From: Eledone cirrhosa
Lineage: Eukaryota
Assembly (NCBI GenBank): GCA_964016885.1
Contig: OZ024741.1
Coordinates: 146,196,001-146,260,000, forward strand
DNA length: 64,000 bases
Reading direction: 5' to 3'
A program made the translations under genes and the position numbers. Under the pieces are notes generated by a model. It had not been told where the DNA came from, searched no databases, and saw nothing but the letters and a program-made list of their open reading frames with translations. Below are positions 50,760 through 64,000 of this stretch, in pieces. The first letter of the stretch is position 1. Each line of letters opens with the position of its first letter.

Positions 50760-53700
50760 AAGAAAACCCCGTGACCAAGAAATACCGGGATGGCGGCCGG
50801 CGGGGAATAGCCGTGTCTCTAGGGGAGAACGACCCCTCTAGTCTTGGTTGACACTCGTTCTAGAAGTGGTAACACGAAATGATTACCCCTTGGCGGATAA
50901 GGATAAAACGCGACAAAATAAAGTAAATGTCTAATGATAAAATCTCATACCGGATCGGCCGTCACCCGGGTAAAAAAGGGGCGCGTCCCTCAGAGAGGAA
51001 CCAGACTGGGGTCGAAAAATCAGCTAATGGTTCAAACCTTCCCATCACTTCGGAGCTGGAGACCTCCCATAACAGGAATACTCCTACTGTTGGCCCTCCA
51101 TGCTCACCACCAAGACATCCAAAGAAAAAGAGAGAAAAATGGTCAAGGGAAGATAATAAAGAACTCCTTGAGGCTTTCTACACTGCCATGTACTACCCAT
51201 CAAATACATCGAATACAGAACAGACATATATCAGCTGGAAAAAGAAACATCCCGAAAACAGAGGCTATATTGACAGTAACAAACTAGCCAATATACGAAG
51301 AAATATTGTTTAAAAAAATTTACTAACTGATATAGAAATTGATCAGATCAAGCTTTTAGCACAAAGTCAGCGAAGGGAAAATGAAACATGTGTCAGTGAA
51401 AACGAGGTAAATTGTAACACTTCGAATCCCAGGGTTGGGGCGGAATCACTGGCAACAGAACAAATTAAAGAAAGGATCGAAAAAGTGGAGGGAGTGCATG
51501 CTCAAATTGAAACTCCAAATGAAAATAATGAGATCGTAAATGATAAAGAAATGAATGAGAATGAACTTGCCAACTTGAAGGATGAAATTATGATCGAATG
51601 GATGACAATGAAAGAATCTGACATGGGGCAACGAGACACCCTCCCCAAGATCCAGAACTCCAAACAACCAAAAGATAATACACAAGACTAACATAATTCT
51701 CAAAAACATTATCATCACAAACAAACTAAACATGACTGGTTTAAATCATCTCTATTATGCATCGGCTAAAGTCACCACTCACTTATGTGGAGTGAAGATG
51801 AAAAAACAAAGGAATTCCCACAAGAAATCTACTTGGCAAGAGAACATCAATCGCCAAATAAACCTTCTCCGATCTGACATAGAGATTTTAACAAACTATA
51901 AAGTAGGTGAACATGTTAAACAAACTAAACTTAGAAAATTGAAAAGAAAGTACAGTATAAAATCAACAAGTGATATAGACATGCTGATAGAAATAATCAA
52001 GCAAAAAGTGTCGGCCAAAGCTGCTCGTATAAGGCGCTTTGAAAAACGATCTAGATTCTATAAGGACAATAATATGTTCAAAAACAACCAAAGAAACTTC
52101 TACAGAAAAATTGGTAAGTCAACAATAACTGCTAAATCAATACCACCCAAGGAGGAAGTGCAAGAATTCTGGGAAAAGATCTGGGCCGAAGAAAAAGTTC
52201 GTAACATATATGCCCCATGGATAGACAGACAAATGAAAGATACAGCTCACCTTGAGGAACAAACATGGGAAAATATAACAGTTGAACAGTTGCGTTTGGC
52301 TCTTAGAAAAACCAGCAAATGGAAATCCCCAGGAAAAGACAAAATACCAAATTTTTGGATAAATGCCTTCACAGAGTCTCATGAGCTGTTAGCCCAACTT
52401 TAATGTGAAATAGTTAAGGAGCCAGAAAAGATACCATCATGGCTAGTTAACGGCATTACATTCCTGCTTCCGAAGAATGATGAGACAAACAATCCCAAAA
52501 ATTACAGATCGATAACTTGCTTGACCACAATGTATAAAATTTTAACATCAGTCCTAACTGAATATACATATGACCACCTGATAACAAATGACCTATTTCC
52601 CATTGAGCAGAAAGGGTGTAAACGAGGCTCATATGGCTGTAAGGATCAGCTTTTGGTTAACAAAATGATACTGGAAGATTGTCATAATAGACACAAAAAT
52701 CTAAATGAGCTTGGATAGATTATAAAAAAGCATTCGATAGTTTGCCACACAGTTGGATTGAAAAATGTTTAGAGATTTTCAAAATATCCCCCGTTGTCAG
52801 GAGGTTTTTGTCATTCAGTATGAAGACATGGAAGACGACACTCCTTTTGAATAGTGAAACAAAATCACTGGAAGCTGGAGAAGTTAATATTAATTGTGGA
52901 ATTTTTCAGGGTGACTCTTTATCACCGCTTTTATTCTGCATCGCACTTATACCATTAAGTAAAATGCTCAATGAAACAAAACATGGATATAAAGTCTATG
53001 ACAAAACCATTAATCACTTGTTCTACATGGATGACCTGAAACTATTTGCAAAAAATTAGGAACAATTGTAAGGGCTATGATCCACTGTGGAGCAGTTCAG
53101 TGATGACATTAATAATGGAGTTTGGACTAGATAAATGCGCCAAAGCAACGTTGACCAGAGGAAAGCTCCTGAAGAGTTCAGACATTAATCTTGATCGGGG
53201 GAATGTGATAAGAGAACTTGATCAAGAAAAAACTTACAAATATCTAGGTGTTTGTGAAGGAGACGGAATCAAGCACTCGACAATGAGGGAAAGGATAAGG
53301 AAGGAATGTTACCGCAGAGTAAGAGCAATCTTAAGAACGGAATTGAATGCAAGGAATAGGATCGATGCCATAAACACGCTTGCCATACCAGTAGTAACCT
53401 ACAGTTACAATGTCATCAACTGGTCAAGCACAGAGATCCGTAGGCTCGATACAAAGATTAGAAAATTCTTAACCATGCACAGAATGCATCACCCTAAGGC
53501 AGATACAGATAGAATATATCTCCCTAGGAAAGGAGGACGTGGGTTAATCCAGTTAGACATTGCGTTGAAAACTGCAACAATTGGATTATCTACATATCTA
53601 AGGGAATCACATGATTGGATGATCAAACTCGTTTTGAAACACGAAAGCATCAAAAGATCATACTCCATTACAAAAGATGCACAAAGATGCAGTAATGGAC

Positions 53701-54738
53701 TACAAATTTCAGAAGTCCCATTTACTGCTGAAATGGAAAACACAGAAAAAGCAAAGCAGGTAAAAGTAACTGCAAAGAAAGAACTGCTACAGAAACTGGC
53801 TAAGAAATGGCAAGAAAAGCCTCTGTATGGAAAATACCCAGAACGAGCTAACAATCCTGATGTTGACAAAACTTTAACCCATCAGTGGTTGGCATCCTCT
53901 GGACTGAAATCGGAGACTGAAGGACTGATTATATCAGCACAAGATCAGTGTCTGCCAACAAAAAATTACCAAGCCAACATAATAAAAAAATGGATGCAGC
54001 CCATTATGCCGTGTATGCAAAAAACAACCAGAGACCATTGACCATATAATTTCAATGTGCAGTCCTATAGCTCCAACCGAATACCTAAACAGGCATGACA
54101 GAGCTGTACAATACATACATTGGATAATGTGTGAGCATTTTGACCTGCCCCATCAAAAGAATCGGTGGGAGCATCAACCACCTCCCATACTTGAAAAAGA
54201 TCACATCTCAATCTTGTGGAACTTTAGCATCCAAACAGACCGAAAAATAAATGCAAATAGACCTGATATAATATTGAAGGACTTTAAAAAGAGGGTATGC
54301 CTGCTAATTGATATGTTCGTTCCAATAGACAAGAATGTATCTATAAAAACATTTGAAAAATTGAGCAAGTATAAGGACCTGGAGATAGAAATTGGAAAAA
54401 TGTGGAAATTGAGAACTAAAACAATACCAGTGGTTGTAGGCGCTCTGGGAATGATACCTAAGGGGTCTAATGATTAGTTATCGCAAATCCCAGGAAACCC
54501 GCGTATAGGAGAAATACAAAAGATAGTACTAATGGGAACTGCCCATATACTAAGGAAGATTCTATCAATATAAGTACATCACAAGTCTAAACACTAAAGA
54601 TGCATGTGTGAGTATGTATGTTCTTTCTTGAACATGGCGCACCTTGTTGTCTCTTGAGGTCACTGGTTGTGACTTGGTGATAACTCGTATGAACATAAAG
54701 CAAGATAAATGCAACTGTAATAATAATAATAATAATAA
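50760..54738 (+). mobile_element. Full-length R4/Dong element with (TAA)n tail; ORF 50927-54572 frameshifted
   Basis: [79 protein letters not shown] (CCHC), RHD, RPDII..IDMFVP..EKLSKYKDL (RLE nuclease), PVVVGALG. Confidence 0.95.
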
Positions 54739-55390
54739 GTTTCCAGGGATGGTTAAAGAAAATTGGCCCCGCCACGCTTTTTGGAACTCTTCAAAAGGCA
54801 TGCTTGCTGGGAACAGCAAGAACCCTCCGATACGTCCTGAATATCTGAGGCTGCAGGTAGTGGCTTGATAATAATAATAATAATAAAAATAATGAGAAGT
54901 GGTATGAGCATAAGCCAGAGTCGGTGATAGAAAACGATCAGGTGAAGGTGCTTTGGGATTTTAGGATACAGACGGACAAGAAATTAGAACATAATAGGTT
55001 TGGGACAAGGAAAAAAGATTGTGCCTGATTGTAGATGTAGCCTGCGCATTTGACACGAGAGTGCAAGAAAAGGAGAGGGAGAAAATTAACCGATACCAGG
55101 ATTTAAAGTGGGAGGTAAAAAGGAATTGGAACTGCCATGAAGTCAAGGTCGTCCCAATTGTCATAGGTGCACTAGGTACTATCTCAAAGAGTTTCCAAGT
55201 ATGGTTAAAGAAGATTAGTCCAGCCCCGCTTTTTGGAACACTTCAAAAGGCATGCTTGCTGAGAACAGCAAGAACCCTCTGATACGTCCTGAATATCTGA
55301 GGCTGCAGGTAGCGGCTTGATATTATTTTCAACAAACTTTCCAGTGAAATAACATCAATGAGTGAGACTCAAAGAATAATAATAATAATG
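54739..55390 (+). mobile_element. Two 5'-truncated R4/Dong 3' fragments, each bounded by (AAT)n
   Basis: 54739-54870 duplicates 55192-55322; 54893-55375 encodes WYEHKPESV..LWDFRIQTD..DVACAFD..EKINRYQDL..PIVIGALG. Confidence 0.88.
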
Positions 55391-55605
55391 ATTTCTAGTA
55401 TAGGCACAAGGCCAGTCATTTGGGAGGAGGGGAAAGTCGATTAAATCGACCTTGGTGCCTTACTGGTGCTTTTATATATTGACCTGTAAGGGTGAAAGGC
55501 AAAGTTAACCTTGGCGGGATTTGAACTCAGAGTGCAAAGGACCGTAACTCTATGCTGAAAAGCATGTTGCTCGACACTCTACCAATACTGCCACCCCACC
55601 CCCCT
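55390..55605 (-). mobile_element. tRNA-derived SINE
   Basis: Reverse complement of the 10103-10290 family. Confidence 0.85.
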
Positions 55606-56429
55606 GTGATAATAAGAATAATGGTTTTAAATCAAAGTTGACATCTGGCATGGGAGACCCACTCTCAATGAGGGTAGGTGGAGTCTCTGTGTGCCTTGGT
55701 TGGCAGTCCACCTAGTGAAGGTTTCACAATAACAACACTGGTAGTTGCACAACGTCACAAACACTAAACCTCAATCATGAGTGATATCAAAACAAAATAT
55801 GGAAGATAACTGTGTAATTGGTCCAGTTCTACCAGGTCACCATCCCACTATGGATCAAAACAATACAAGAATGAAATGGAACGAGGAAATGAATAAGATT
55901 GTCATGGGATTTTATCTTAGAAGTGAACCAACAAATAGCAAAAGATGTGGGGGAGGTATATGGTTCAGAGATGTTGAACATAACAGGAATGCTGCAAGGG
56001 GTGAAATGGGAGTTACAAGGACTAAGACAGCAAGAGAATTTGATAGTGACACATATTAAGGTGAAAAAAAAACAGATGAAACAATTACAAAAATGTAAGG
56101 CCCGAGAGAGTACATGGATACTGGCTAAATAGCCATAGCAGTGTCCATTATCAGATCACAGAGCAGTTGAGTTAAATTGTAGCAAATAAGAATGTACCAA
56201 GATGGATGACCAAAATATGTCTTATGCTAAAATATAAAAGTAATTTAGTTTCCATCAGTCAATTATATGCTTACACATGATGTGGAAGTTGCTAACAGGA
56301 GTGACTGTGGAGAGGTGTTTCACAGGTGTGCAGAAAGGTTGTAAAAGAAATAGTAGAAGTACAAAAGATCAGCTGCTAATGGATAAAATAATTTTTTCTA
56401 CTTTTGGCACAAGGCCAGTAATTACCCAT

Positions 56430-59003
56430 AGGTTATGCAAATAACCTAACAATCTGTAACACTAACTTCAAAAAACGAGACAATCACTTGATCACCTACA
56501 GATCAGGAGAACATACCAGCCAGGTAGATTATATCCTTACCAGAAGACGTGACAGAGTGTCTGTTGTAAACACTAAATCCCTCCCCCATGAAGAATGCAC
56601 CTCCCAACAAAGACTCATAATTAGCGACCTCATAGTCAGGACGAGACGTACTCGACAGCAGAAGAGGACTATCCTCAGGAGAAAAATATGGAAGCTAAAG
56701 GACCCCACAGCCAGAAATAAATTTAAAAGCATATTACTTGATGCTTTTGACAGTAAGGAAGAGCAATTAGAGTCGTGCAATATAGAGGAACAGTGGGAAT
56801 TCCTGAAAGCAGACCTGCTGATGGCGGCAGACGAAGTCTGTGGCTGGAGCAGGCCTGTAGGCAGGAGGAGAGTAACATGGTGGTGGAACATTAAGGTGGA
56901 GGAGTCAATTAAGGCCAAAAAACAGGCTTGGAAAGTATGGCGGGATGGGGGAAGTAGAGAAGACTATCAAGTGGCCAGGAGGGAAGCTAGGAGACAAGTG
57001 TACTTCGCAAGAAGGGAAGCAGAGGAAAGAAAGTTCAAGCATGTTCTACAACGCGAGGACCAAAAACGTGATGTGTTCAGGATTGCTAGGCAATGTGTCA
57101 AGGAACACCGTAATATTGTCGGGGAGAAGTGTGTACTTAATGATGATGGCATACTTGCCATCACTGACGCTTATAAGAAGGTAGCTTGGAAGTGTCACTA
57201 CGAAAGGCTGCTAAATGAGGAGAATAAATGGGAGAAAGACAGTCTCCCCCACATCGACCCAATAGAGGGACCAGCAGTGTTAGTCGAAGGTAGTATAATA
57301 AGTAAGGCAATCAAAGATATGAAGACGGGTAAGGCGGCTGGGCCTTCGGAAATAGTTGCTGAGATGCTGAAAGCCTCTAGAACGGTGGGACACACCATGG
57401 TCACCGGGATAGTAAACCAAGTCATACAGAATCGGGTTGTTCCGAAGGACTGGCGTAGCAGCATCATCATTAACTGCTACAAGGGTAAAGAAGACGCCCT
57501 AGATAGGAGTAACTATAGAGGCATTAAATTAATCGACCAGGTCATGAAGGTCACGGAAAAAGTAATAGCGCAACCAATCAGAGAGAGAATCGATCTAGAT
57601 GAAATGCAGTTCGTGTTTGTGTCAGGCAAAAGTACCACAGACGCTCTTTTCATTGTACGACAACTACAGGAGAAGTACCTAGCTAAAAGTAAACCCCTAT
57701 ACTTAGCTTTCGTCGACTTGGAGAAAGCCTTCGACAGAGTCCCCCGTTCCATTATCTGGTGGGCTCTTAGAAAACTAGGTGTTGATGAATGGCTTGTGAG
57801 AGCTATACAAGCCATGTATAAAGAAACAGTCAGCAAGGTTAGAATTAACAACGAATATAGTGAAGAGTTTAGCGTAAAAGTTGGTGTTCATCAGGGCTCT
57901 GTTCTTAGCCCCCTACTGTTTATTATTGCCCTTCAGGCTATAACAGTGGAGTTCAAGACCGGCTGCCCATGGGAACTCCTATACGCAGATGATCTAACGC
58001 TCATAGCTGAATCAATGGCCGAGCTAGAGAAGAAATTCCAAACATGGAAGCACGGCCTGGAATCAAAAGGCCTTAAAATTAACCTGGCTAACACTAAAGT
58101 TCTAGTTTGTAGGAAAGAAAATAAGGCGCCGGTCCCTTCCAGGAAATGGCCATGCTCAGTGTGTAGGAAAGGCGTAGGTAGAAACTCCATTTTATGTCCC
58201 AAATGCAAAGTATGGGTGTATAAAAGATGTAGTGGGATCATAGGTAAGCTAACTAAGAACGTAGATTTTAATGTGGCCGGTGCTCTGGTGCAATAAGTAG
58301 CAGCAAGTGCCCACAAAATACTAGCTCTTTCAATTGCGCAGAGGGTTCTATAGAAATAGTGAACAGCTTCCGTTACCTGGGTGACAAAATCAGCAGTGGG
58401 GGAGGGTGCTCTGAAAGTACAGTAGCTAGAGTCAGAACTGGATGGAAAAAGTTCAGAGAGCTTATACCACTATTAGCCGCTAAAGGGTTCTCCCTAAAAA
58501 TGAAAGGCAGGCTGTATGATGCCTGCATACGAACAACAATGTTGCATGGCAGTGAGACCTGGGCATTTTGTGCAGAGGATATACGCAGACTAGAGAGGAA
58601 CGAAGCTTGCATGCTCCGCTGGATGTGTAATAGTAATATAGAAATAAGAATTAGTTCGTTTATGCTTTGCATATTAGAAATAAGAGGGATTAGATGTTGT
58701 TTACTCGAGAGAGGGCTACGTTGGTATGGTCACGTGATGCGCATGAAAGACGACAGCTGTATAAAAAAGTGCAGGGCAATAAAGATAGACGGTAGCCACG
58801 GAGTAGGCAGACCCAGAAAAACCTGGGACGACCTGATAAACTCCGACCTCACACACTTACACCTCTCCAAGACAATGTCACTGGACCGAGATCTTTGGCG
58901 GCACTCAGTAATAGAGAAGACCCGCCTTACCTAAATACAAAGTAAAACCTACTACAGTCAGTAGGCATCTCTAAAAAATACACGATGATGATGATGATGA
59001 TGA
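56430..59003 (+). mobile_element. 5'-truncated RTE LINE with (GAT)n tail; RT nearly intact
   Basis: ORFs 56488-58296 and 58359-58934: SQVDYIL, TWWWN, GKAAGP, NYRGIKL, FVDLEKAFDRV, QGSVLSP, YADD, FRYLG, GRPRKTW; one frameshift near 58270. Confidence 0.95.
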
Positions 59004-59149
59004 TTACTGGTACTTTATTTTATCGACCCCGTAAGGATGAAAGGCAAAGTTAACCTCGGCGGGATTTGAACTCAGAATGGCAAGGGCCGTAACTCTATAC
59101 ATCAAAGCATGGCATCCGACCCTCTACCGACACTGCCAATCGATAACCC
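59004..59149 (-). mobile_element. 5' part of a SINE whose 3' tail lies at 56393-56428
   Basis: The two pieces join to give the 10103-10290 SINE; flanked by a 15-bp TSD. Confidence 0.85.
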
Positions 59150-60844
59150 AATAGATAAAATAATGTTGAAAAATTGCAGAAAAAGAATGACAAAACTTGT
59201 GTGAGGTTTGAATCGATTATAAGAAAGCTTATGATATGATTCCCCATTTGTGGATTTTTGAATACCTAGATTTGGTGAAAGTGGCAGAATACAACAAGTT
59301 GGAGAGTTAAGCTGACATAAGGAGTTGTTTTAGGAGGTTAAAGCAAGGAAAGGAATTTTTCAAGGAGACTCCTTATCACCTTTGTTGTTCATGGTGGCAA
59401 TGTTATAACTGTTTATAGTACTCAGAAAAGTGAAATGCAGGTATTCAATGGGAAAACAAAGATACAACTTGAATCATCTATTATTCATGGATGAACTCAA
59501 GATATATGAGAAAAATATGGATGAGATAGATCCACTGGTCCAAACAGTAAGAGTTTTTAGTGTGGACATTGGTTTAGAATTTGGGATAGATAAATGTGCA
59601 ATAGTCAAAATTGTTAGTGGAAAGAAGATCAGCTCAGAAGGTATTCAATTACCCCTGATTGAAGTTATTCATTCTTTGGATGATGGAGGAGACTACAAAT
59701 ACCTTAAAATACCTTAAAATACTTCAGATTGACATAGTACTTAGCAGGGAAATAAAAGTCACATGAATATTCCAGAAAAATAAAGGTCATCATGGGATCG
59801 CAGCTTAATGCTGGTAACATGATAATGGCCATAAACAGCAGAACTGGGTCTATAATAAGCTATAGTTCTGTAATCATTGATTGGACTGTTGATGAACTGA
59901 AGAACAAGAAAGATGTTGAATAAATATCAAGGCTTGCTGATGTTGATCAAGTAAAGTTGTTAAAGGAAGTCTTAAAGAGGAGATCTATGATGGAAAGAGT
60001 AATTCAAAGAAGGAAGCTGAAATAGCTACAGAAGAGAAGGCCATATTTGAAGTAAAATCATTGCACACAGCCTATGAAATGAACACAAGAGATGTTAGAA
60101 ATGATAAAAACATGTAGACATGGATATAAAGAAAATATCTGAAGGGAGAAATAGAGGGGTTTGATTATGGCAGCCCAATAAGGCAAATTGGATTAAAGTG
60201 CAGAATGTGTAAAAAGGGGAATAAGACAATTAGCCATATTGTCTCAAAATGCTCACAACTTGCTCAAAATAAAAATGAAAAATGGAAACATGATAAGGTG
60301 GCAGCAATAATACATTGGCAACTATATAAAAGATCTTTTTGGGGGGTGAATAAAAGATGAAAGTGTTGCAAAAGGATAAAATCAAAATTCTATAGGACAT
60401 TACAAAACAAATGGAAACAAAGATCGATCACAACTAACAAGATATAGTGTTGATAATCAAGAAAGAAAAGAAATGTTCTGTTTTGGATGTAGCATGCTCT
60501 TTGATACGAGAATAAAGGGTAAAGAGAAGAAAAACTACTACAATTACCTCAAGTATAAAGGGTGAAGTAAATAAGGTAATACTGGTACCGATAATTATAG
60601 CAAAAGTAGGATGTCTAACAGATAACATTTCTAAAAATGTGCAATATATTGGACTTAATTTGCATATAAAGCCTGTGCAAAAAAGCATGCTTATTTGGCA
60701 ATGCCAAGATAATCAGAAAGGTGATAGACATAACCTAGAAGAACAGAAAGCAATTCTTATCATCATAAGCTCTGAAATGTAACCTGATGGTAAGAAGAAC
60801 ACTGTGTAGAAATAAATAAATAGATAAATAATAATTGTTTCTAC

Positions 60845-63800
60845 TTTTAAAATAATGATTTCTTATTAACCACAAGGGTTTACATAAAGTAGACATTAAG
60901 GACAATACAGGACGGTACAAATGGGCATTTCTGCGTGTAAAAATAAAAACAGAGGATATAACAAAATAATAACAATGAAAAATTCCCCAATATCGGGGAG
61001 ACTTTGGAGAGACATTTGTGGAGAAAGCCCAGTAAAAGGCCACAGTGACCCTGACCACCAAGGCAAGTGCCCTCTCCCAGTTTTCCACCTTTAATTTACA
61101 GATACATACTCAGAGTAGGCCCATTCACTCGGGCCATTCTTGCTTCTCTCACCCATCTTTCAACAAAATGCTGGGAAGAGAGCACTTCCCTCTCTACTCT
61201 GATTTTCCTTTTCAAATGAAATTTGAAAAAGTCAATCAGGGCATCACCGAAGAGGTAAGTGCTCGTCTTCAGCCCTTTCAAACGTGTCCACCATATTATC
61301 TCTTTCGCCATGGCCACCAGACAGATAAAAACTGCCTGCCCTTCCCGGCTAAAGGAAGAGGGCGGGGCAATCCTCACGATGGACTCAGATGATAGCCGGA
61401 TCCGTCCTACACGCGACAGCAGGTGTTCCACATAAACCCACAAGTCAGCAATTTTCGGACACTGGACGAGTGCGTGCAGGACGGTTTCGTCTCCCTGCGC
61501 GCATCTCGGACATGCCCGGTTGACGGCACATCCATGCCTGTAGAGTTTATCCCGAACTGGCAAGGCTCCTCGTTAGCACTGCCAGGCCAGAGATTTCTGG
61601 AAGTTGTCCATAGGCCCCGGCCCGAAAGTTCTTCCGAAGAGATTGGCTAGTTGATTTTCGTCGACGCCTAGAGTTTCCCCAAGTACGTCGTCGCTCTTCC
61701 CCTCCACTAATCCTCTATAGAACGCCAAGGTGGAGTTTCCACCGATCACATTGCCCGATTGGTCGAGGGCTGTGAGTGCCTGAAGACATTCCAGTATCCA
61801 AGCGCTCCTTCTCGGTCTTCGCTTGACCCAGGACTGCAGCTCCGTCAAGGAGACGAGCTGGGGAAAGACGCGTCTAGCAAACGGAGACCACACCTGATCA
61901 CCGTCGAGGAAGAGGTGGAGATGTCGTAGCCTGAGCGTTTGTCTGCGCATCATCAGCCACGGCATTCCCAGCCCTCCACGTAGCGGGTGTTGACAGCAGA
62001 TGGACCGCCTGAGCATCGGAGCGTGTCCCTTCCACAAAAAGTGAAAGAGCAAACGCTCCAGCGCAGTCGGGCGGGGCTTGGGACAAAGTACGATGGTCCG
62101 CTCGATATTTCAGGCATAGTTTCCTCTCGGCCCGTTTCTGGGTGAGAGAAGCCACCCTGCTCGTCACCTCTTCCCAGTTTTTGTCCGTCTGGAGATCCGG
62201 ACAGAACCAGACCCCGAGAAATTTAACTGGTCCGTCCGTCCAGCGCCCGACGACGCTGTTGGACGGCATGGACCTGCCTCTCCAGGTGCCGAGCTGCAGG
62301 CCCACTGACTTTTCCTGTTTGATCATTGGTCCTGTCACCGCTTCGTATTCTCTTAGTGTAGTGCCGATCGCCTCGATGTGTTTGGCGTTCGACACCACTA
62401 CGGTGACATCGTCCGCATATGCTGACACGGATCTTCCCCATCCTAGTTCGCGCGGGACCCCCCTCAACGTCTCCAGTTTGTGCAGTAATGGCTCGAGAGT
62501 CAATACGTATAAGAGGGACGAGAGGGGACATCCTTGGCGGACCGAGCGCATGATGTTGAACGGTTCCGAAAGGTGACCGTTCACTCTCACTACAGAGCAG
62601 ATGTCGCTGTGCATGGCAGCGATCCAGCCTCTGAAGACGGGCCCAAAGCCAACCGCCCTCAGGACTGCCGCTAAGTAACGATGGTCGACCCTATCGAAAG
62701 CTTTCGACCGATCTAAATTGATCAAGGACCCACCCGTGCCAGGTTTCCTAACTACCCTCTCTACGATGTATCGCATGAGGTGGAGGTTGTCGTGGATGGA
62801 TCTGTCGGGAATGGCGCATGTCTGCGCCTCTCCCACCAGACCACCAACGACAAGCGCCAACCTATTTGCTAGCACCTTGTCCAAAATCTTGAACTCTGTG
62901 TTTAGCAAAGTTATGGGCCTGAAATTATCTATGTTATCCCCCTTGTTCGGATCCTTTCTCAGCAGCGCCACAGCTCCTCGGCTCACAGAGCTGGGAATTC
63001 TCCCGTTCTGTTGCCAGTTGCAGTAGACGTCCGCCAAGAGGCCTCCGAACAAGTCTGGCATCTGTACGTAAAGTTCATAGGGCAGACCATCAAAACCAGG
63101 CGATTTACCCCTTGTGCAGCTAGTCATTGCCTCCCGTTCTTCAGCGGCTGTTATCGGCTTTTCGCAACACTCCGCCTCAGTGGCCGAGAGCCGCGGCAGG
63201 CCGTCGAGGTAGACACTAAAGTCCATCCATCGATCCGGCCCGCCGCTGCCCCCGAACAACTGAGCGAAGTGTCGCTGAAAAGCTTCACACATTTGCCCGG
63301 GATCGAATAGCATGCGCCCGTCGTGGTCCACCAAAGACCGTATCGTGGCTTTGTTGCCACGACGCGTCTCCGCCACTCGGGCCCATTGTACGGCTTTCGT
63401 CCCCTCGTGTCTGAGAGCACGCATCCTAGCTCTGACAACGCAGCCTTCATTGAAGAATTGAAGAATTGGTCAAGGGCCAATTTCGCCGCAAGTACGTCGT
63501 CGCGATACCTTTCCTAAGCGCCTCGTCTAATTTTCTAACTAATTCTCCCTCTGCTCTATTTTTCTCTATTGCTAAAGCCTTACTAAACCTAATGGACTCT
63601 ATTCTAATTGCTCTTTTCAGAGCAAACCTACACTTGTTGTTGACGATGGTCCTCGCTAATCCGGTCTCTGTAGGCCTTGCGCGCTGGTAAGGACGCGTTT
63701 AGCTTCCAGTAGCCGGGTCCTCGTTATGAAGCCTATCTAAGTCAATCACACAGATCACGAATTTGTGGTCCGTGTAGCTGACTATCTTGAATTGTGGACA

Positions 63801-64000
63801 GCCTATGCTAGACCTATCTATTTCTCTACAAAATACTCTATCTAGATATGATCTGGATGACCCTATGCGATTTGTCCAAGTTGACATTGGCACATTCGGG
63901 AAATCCAATCGGTACCTGTCAGACAGTTCAAAACACCTGAGCAGGTTGGTGAGGCTCTTGCACCCTCCTCCCCTATCCGCTAATCCCACAGTCCCAGCGT
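60845..64000 (-). mobile_element. Tx1/L1-clade LINE ORF2 (APE, RT, CCHC) and 3' UTR; continues beyond the window; frameshifted
   Basis: TWTN..SYLDRVF..TDHK, KSPGFDGLPYELY, NFRPITLLN, SKAFDRVDH, VRQGCPLS, AYADD, GGLG, CPRCAQGDETVLHALVQC; GC-rich; AATAAG and ATT-rich 3' end. Confidence 0.95.

Larger units (their letters stand above)
55635..60810 (+). mobile_element. Old degenerate R4/Dong element interrupted at 56393-59149
   Basis: RMKWNEEMNKIVM, QKGCKRNSRSTKDQLLMDK | [45 protein letters not shown]. Confidence 0.85.

Noticed and set aside
50790-50830. HDV-like ribozyme suggested by GGCCGGC
   Set aside because: Could not build P1, P3 and L3 of the nested double pseudoknot by eye.
56529-58672. 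Antisense ORFs over the RTE, R4 and Tx1 elements
   Set aside because: Shadow frames of retroelement coding strands with no independent motifs.

Overview
AT-rich, microsatellite-dense eukaryotic DNA made almost entirely of transposon remnants. The SINE, RTE, R4/Dong, Tx1, Penelope, Helitron and MITE families resemble those I know from octopod cephalopods (organism is inferred, not shown). I found no host protein-coding exon. Main contents: (i) two adjacent fold-back Penelope-like elements (6.8-13.1 kb, 13.1-15.4 kb) in (TA)n, each carrying hammerhead-ribozyme motifs in outward-facing inverted arms, plus three more solo hammerheads; (ii) a full-length U6 snRNA copy directly followed by a full-length tRNA-derived SINE (28.3-28.8 kb); (iii) several RTE LINEs with swappable 3' modules; (iv) a 44-64 kb cluster of R4/Dong, Tx1/L1 and RTE elements in (TAA)n with three-level nesting; (v) Helitrons, piggyBac-type and hAT MITEs, and a perfect 34-bp hairpin. 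All retroelement ORFs are broken by stops or frameshifts. Boundaries of old remnants are approximate.
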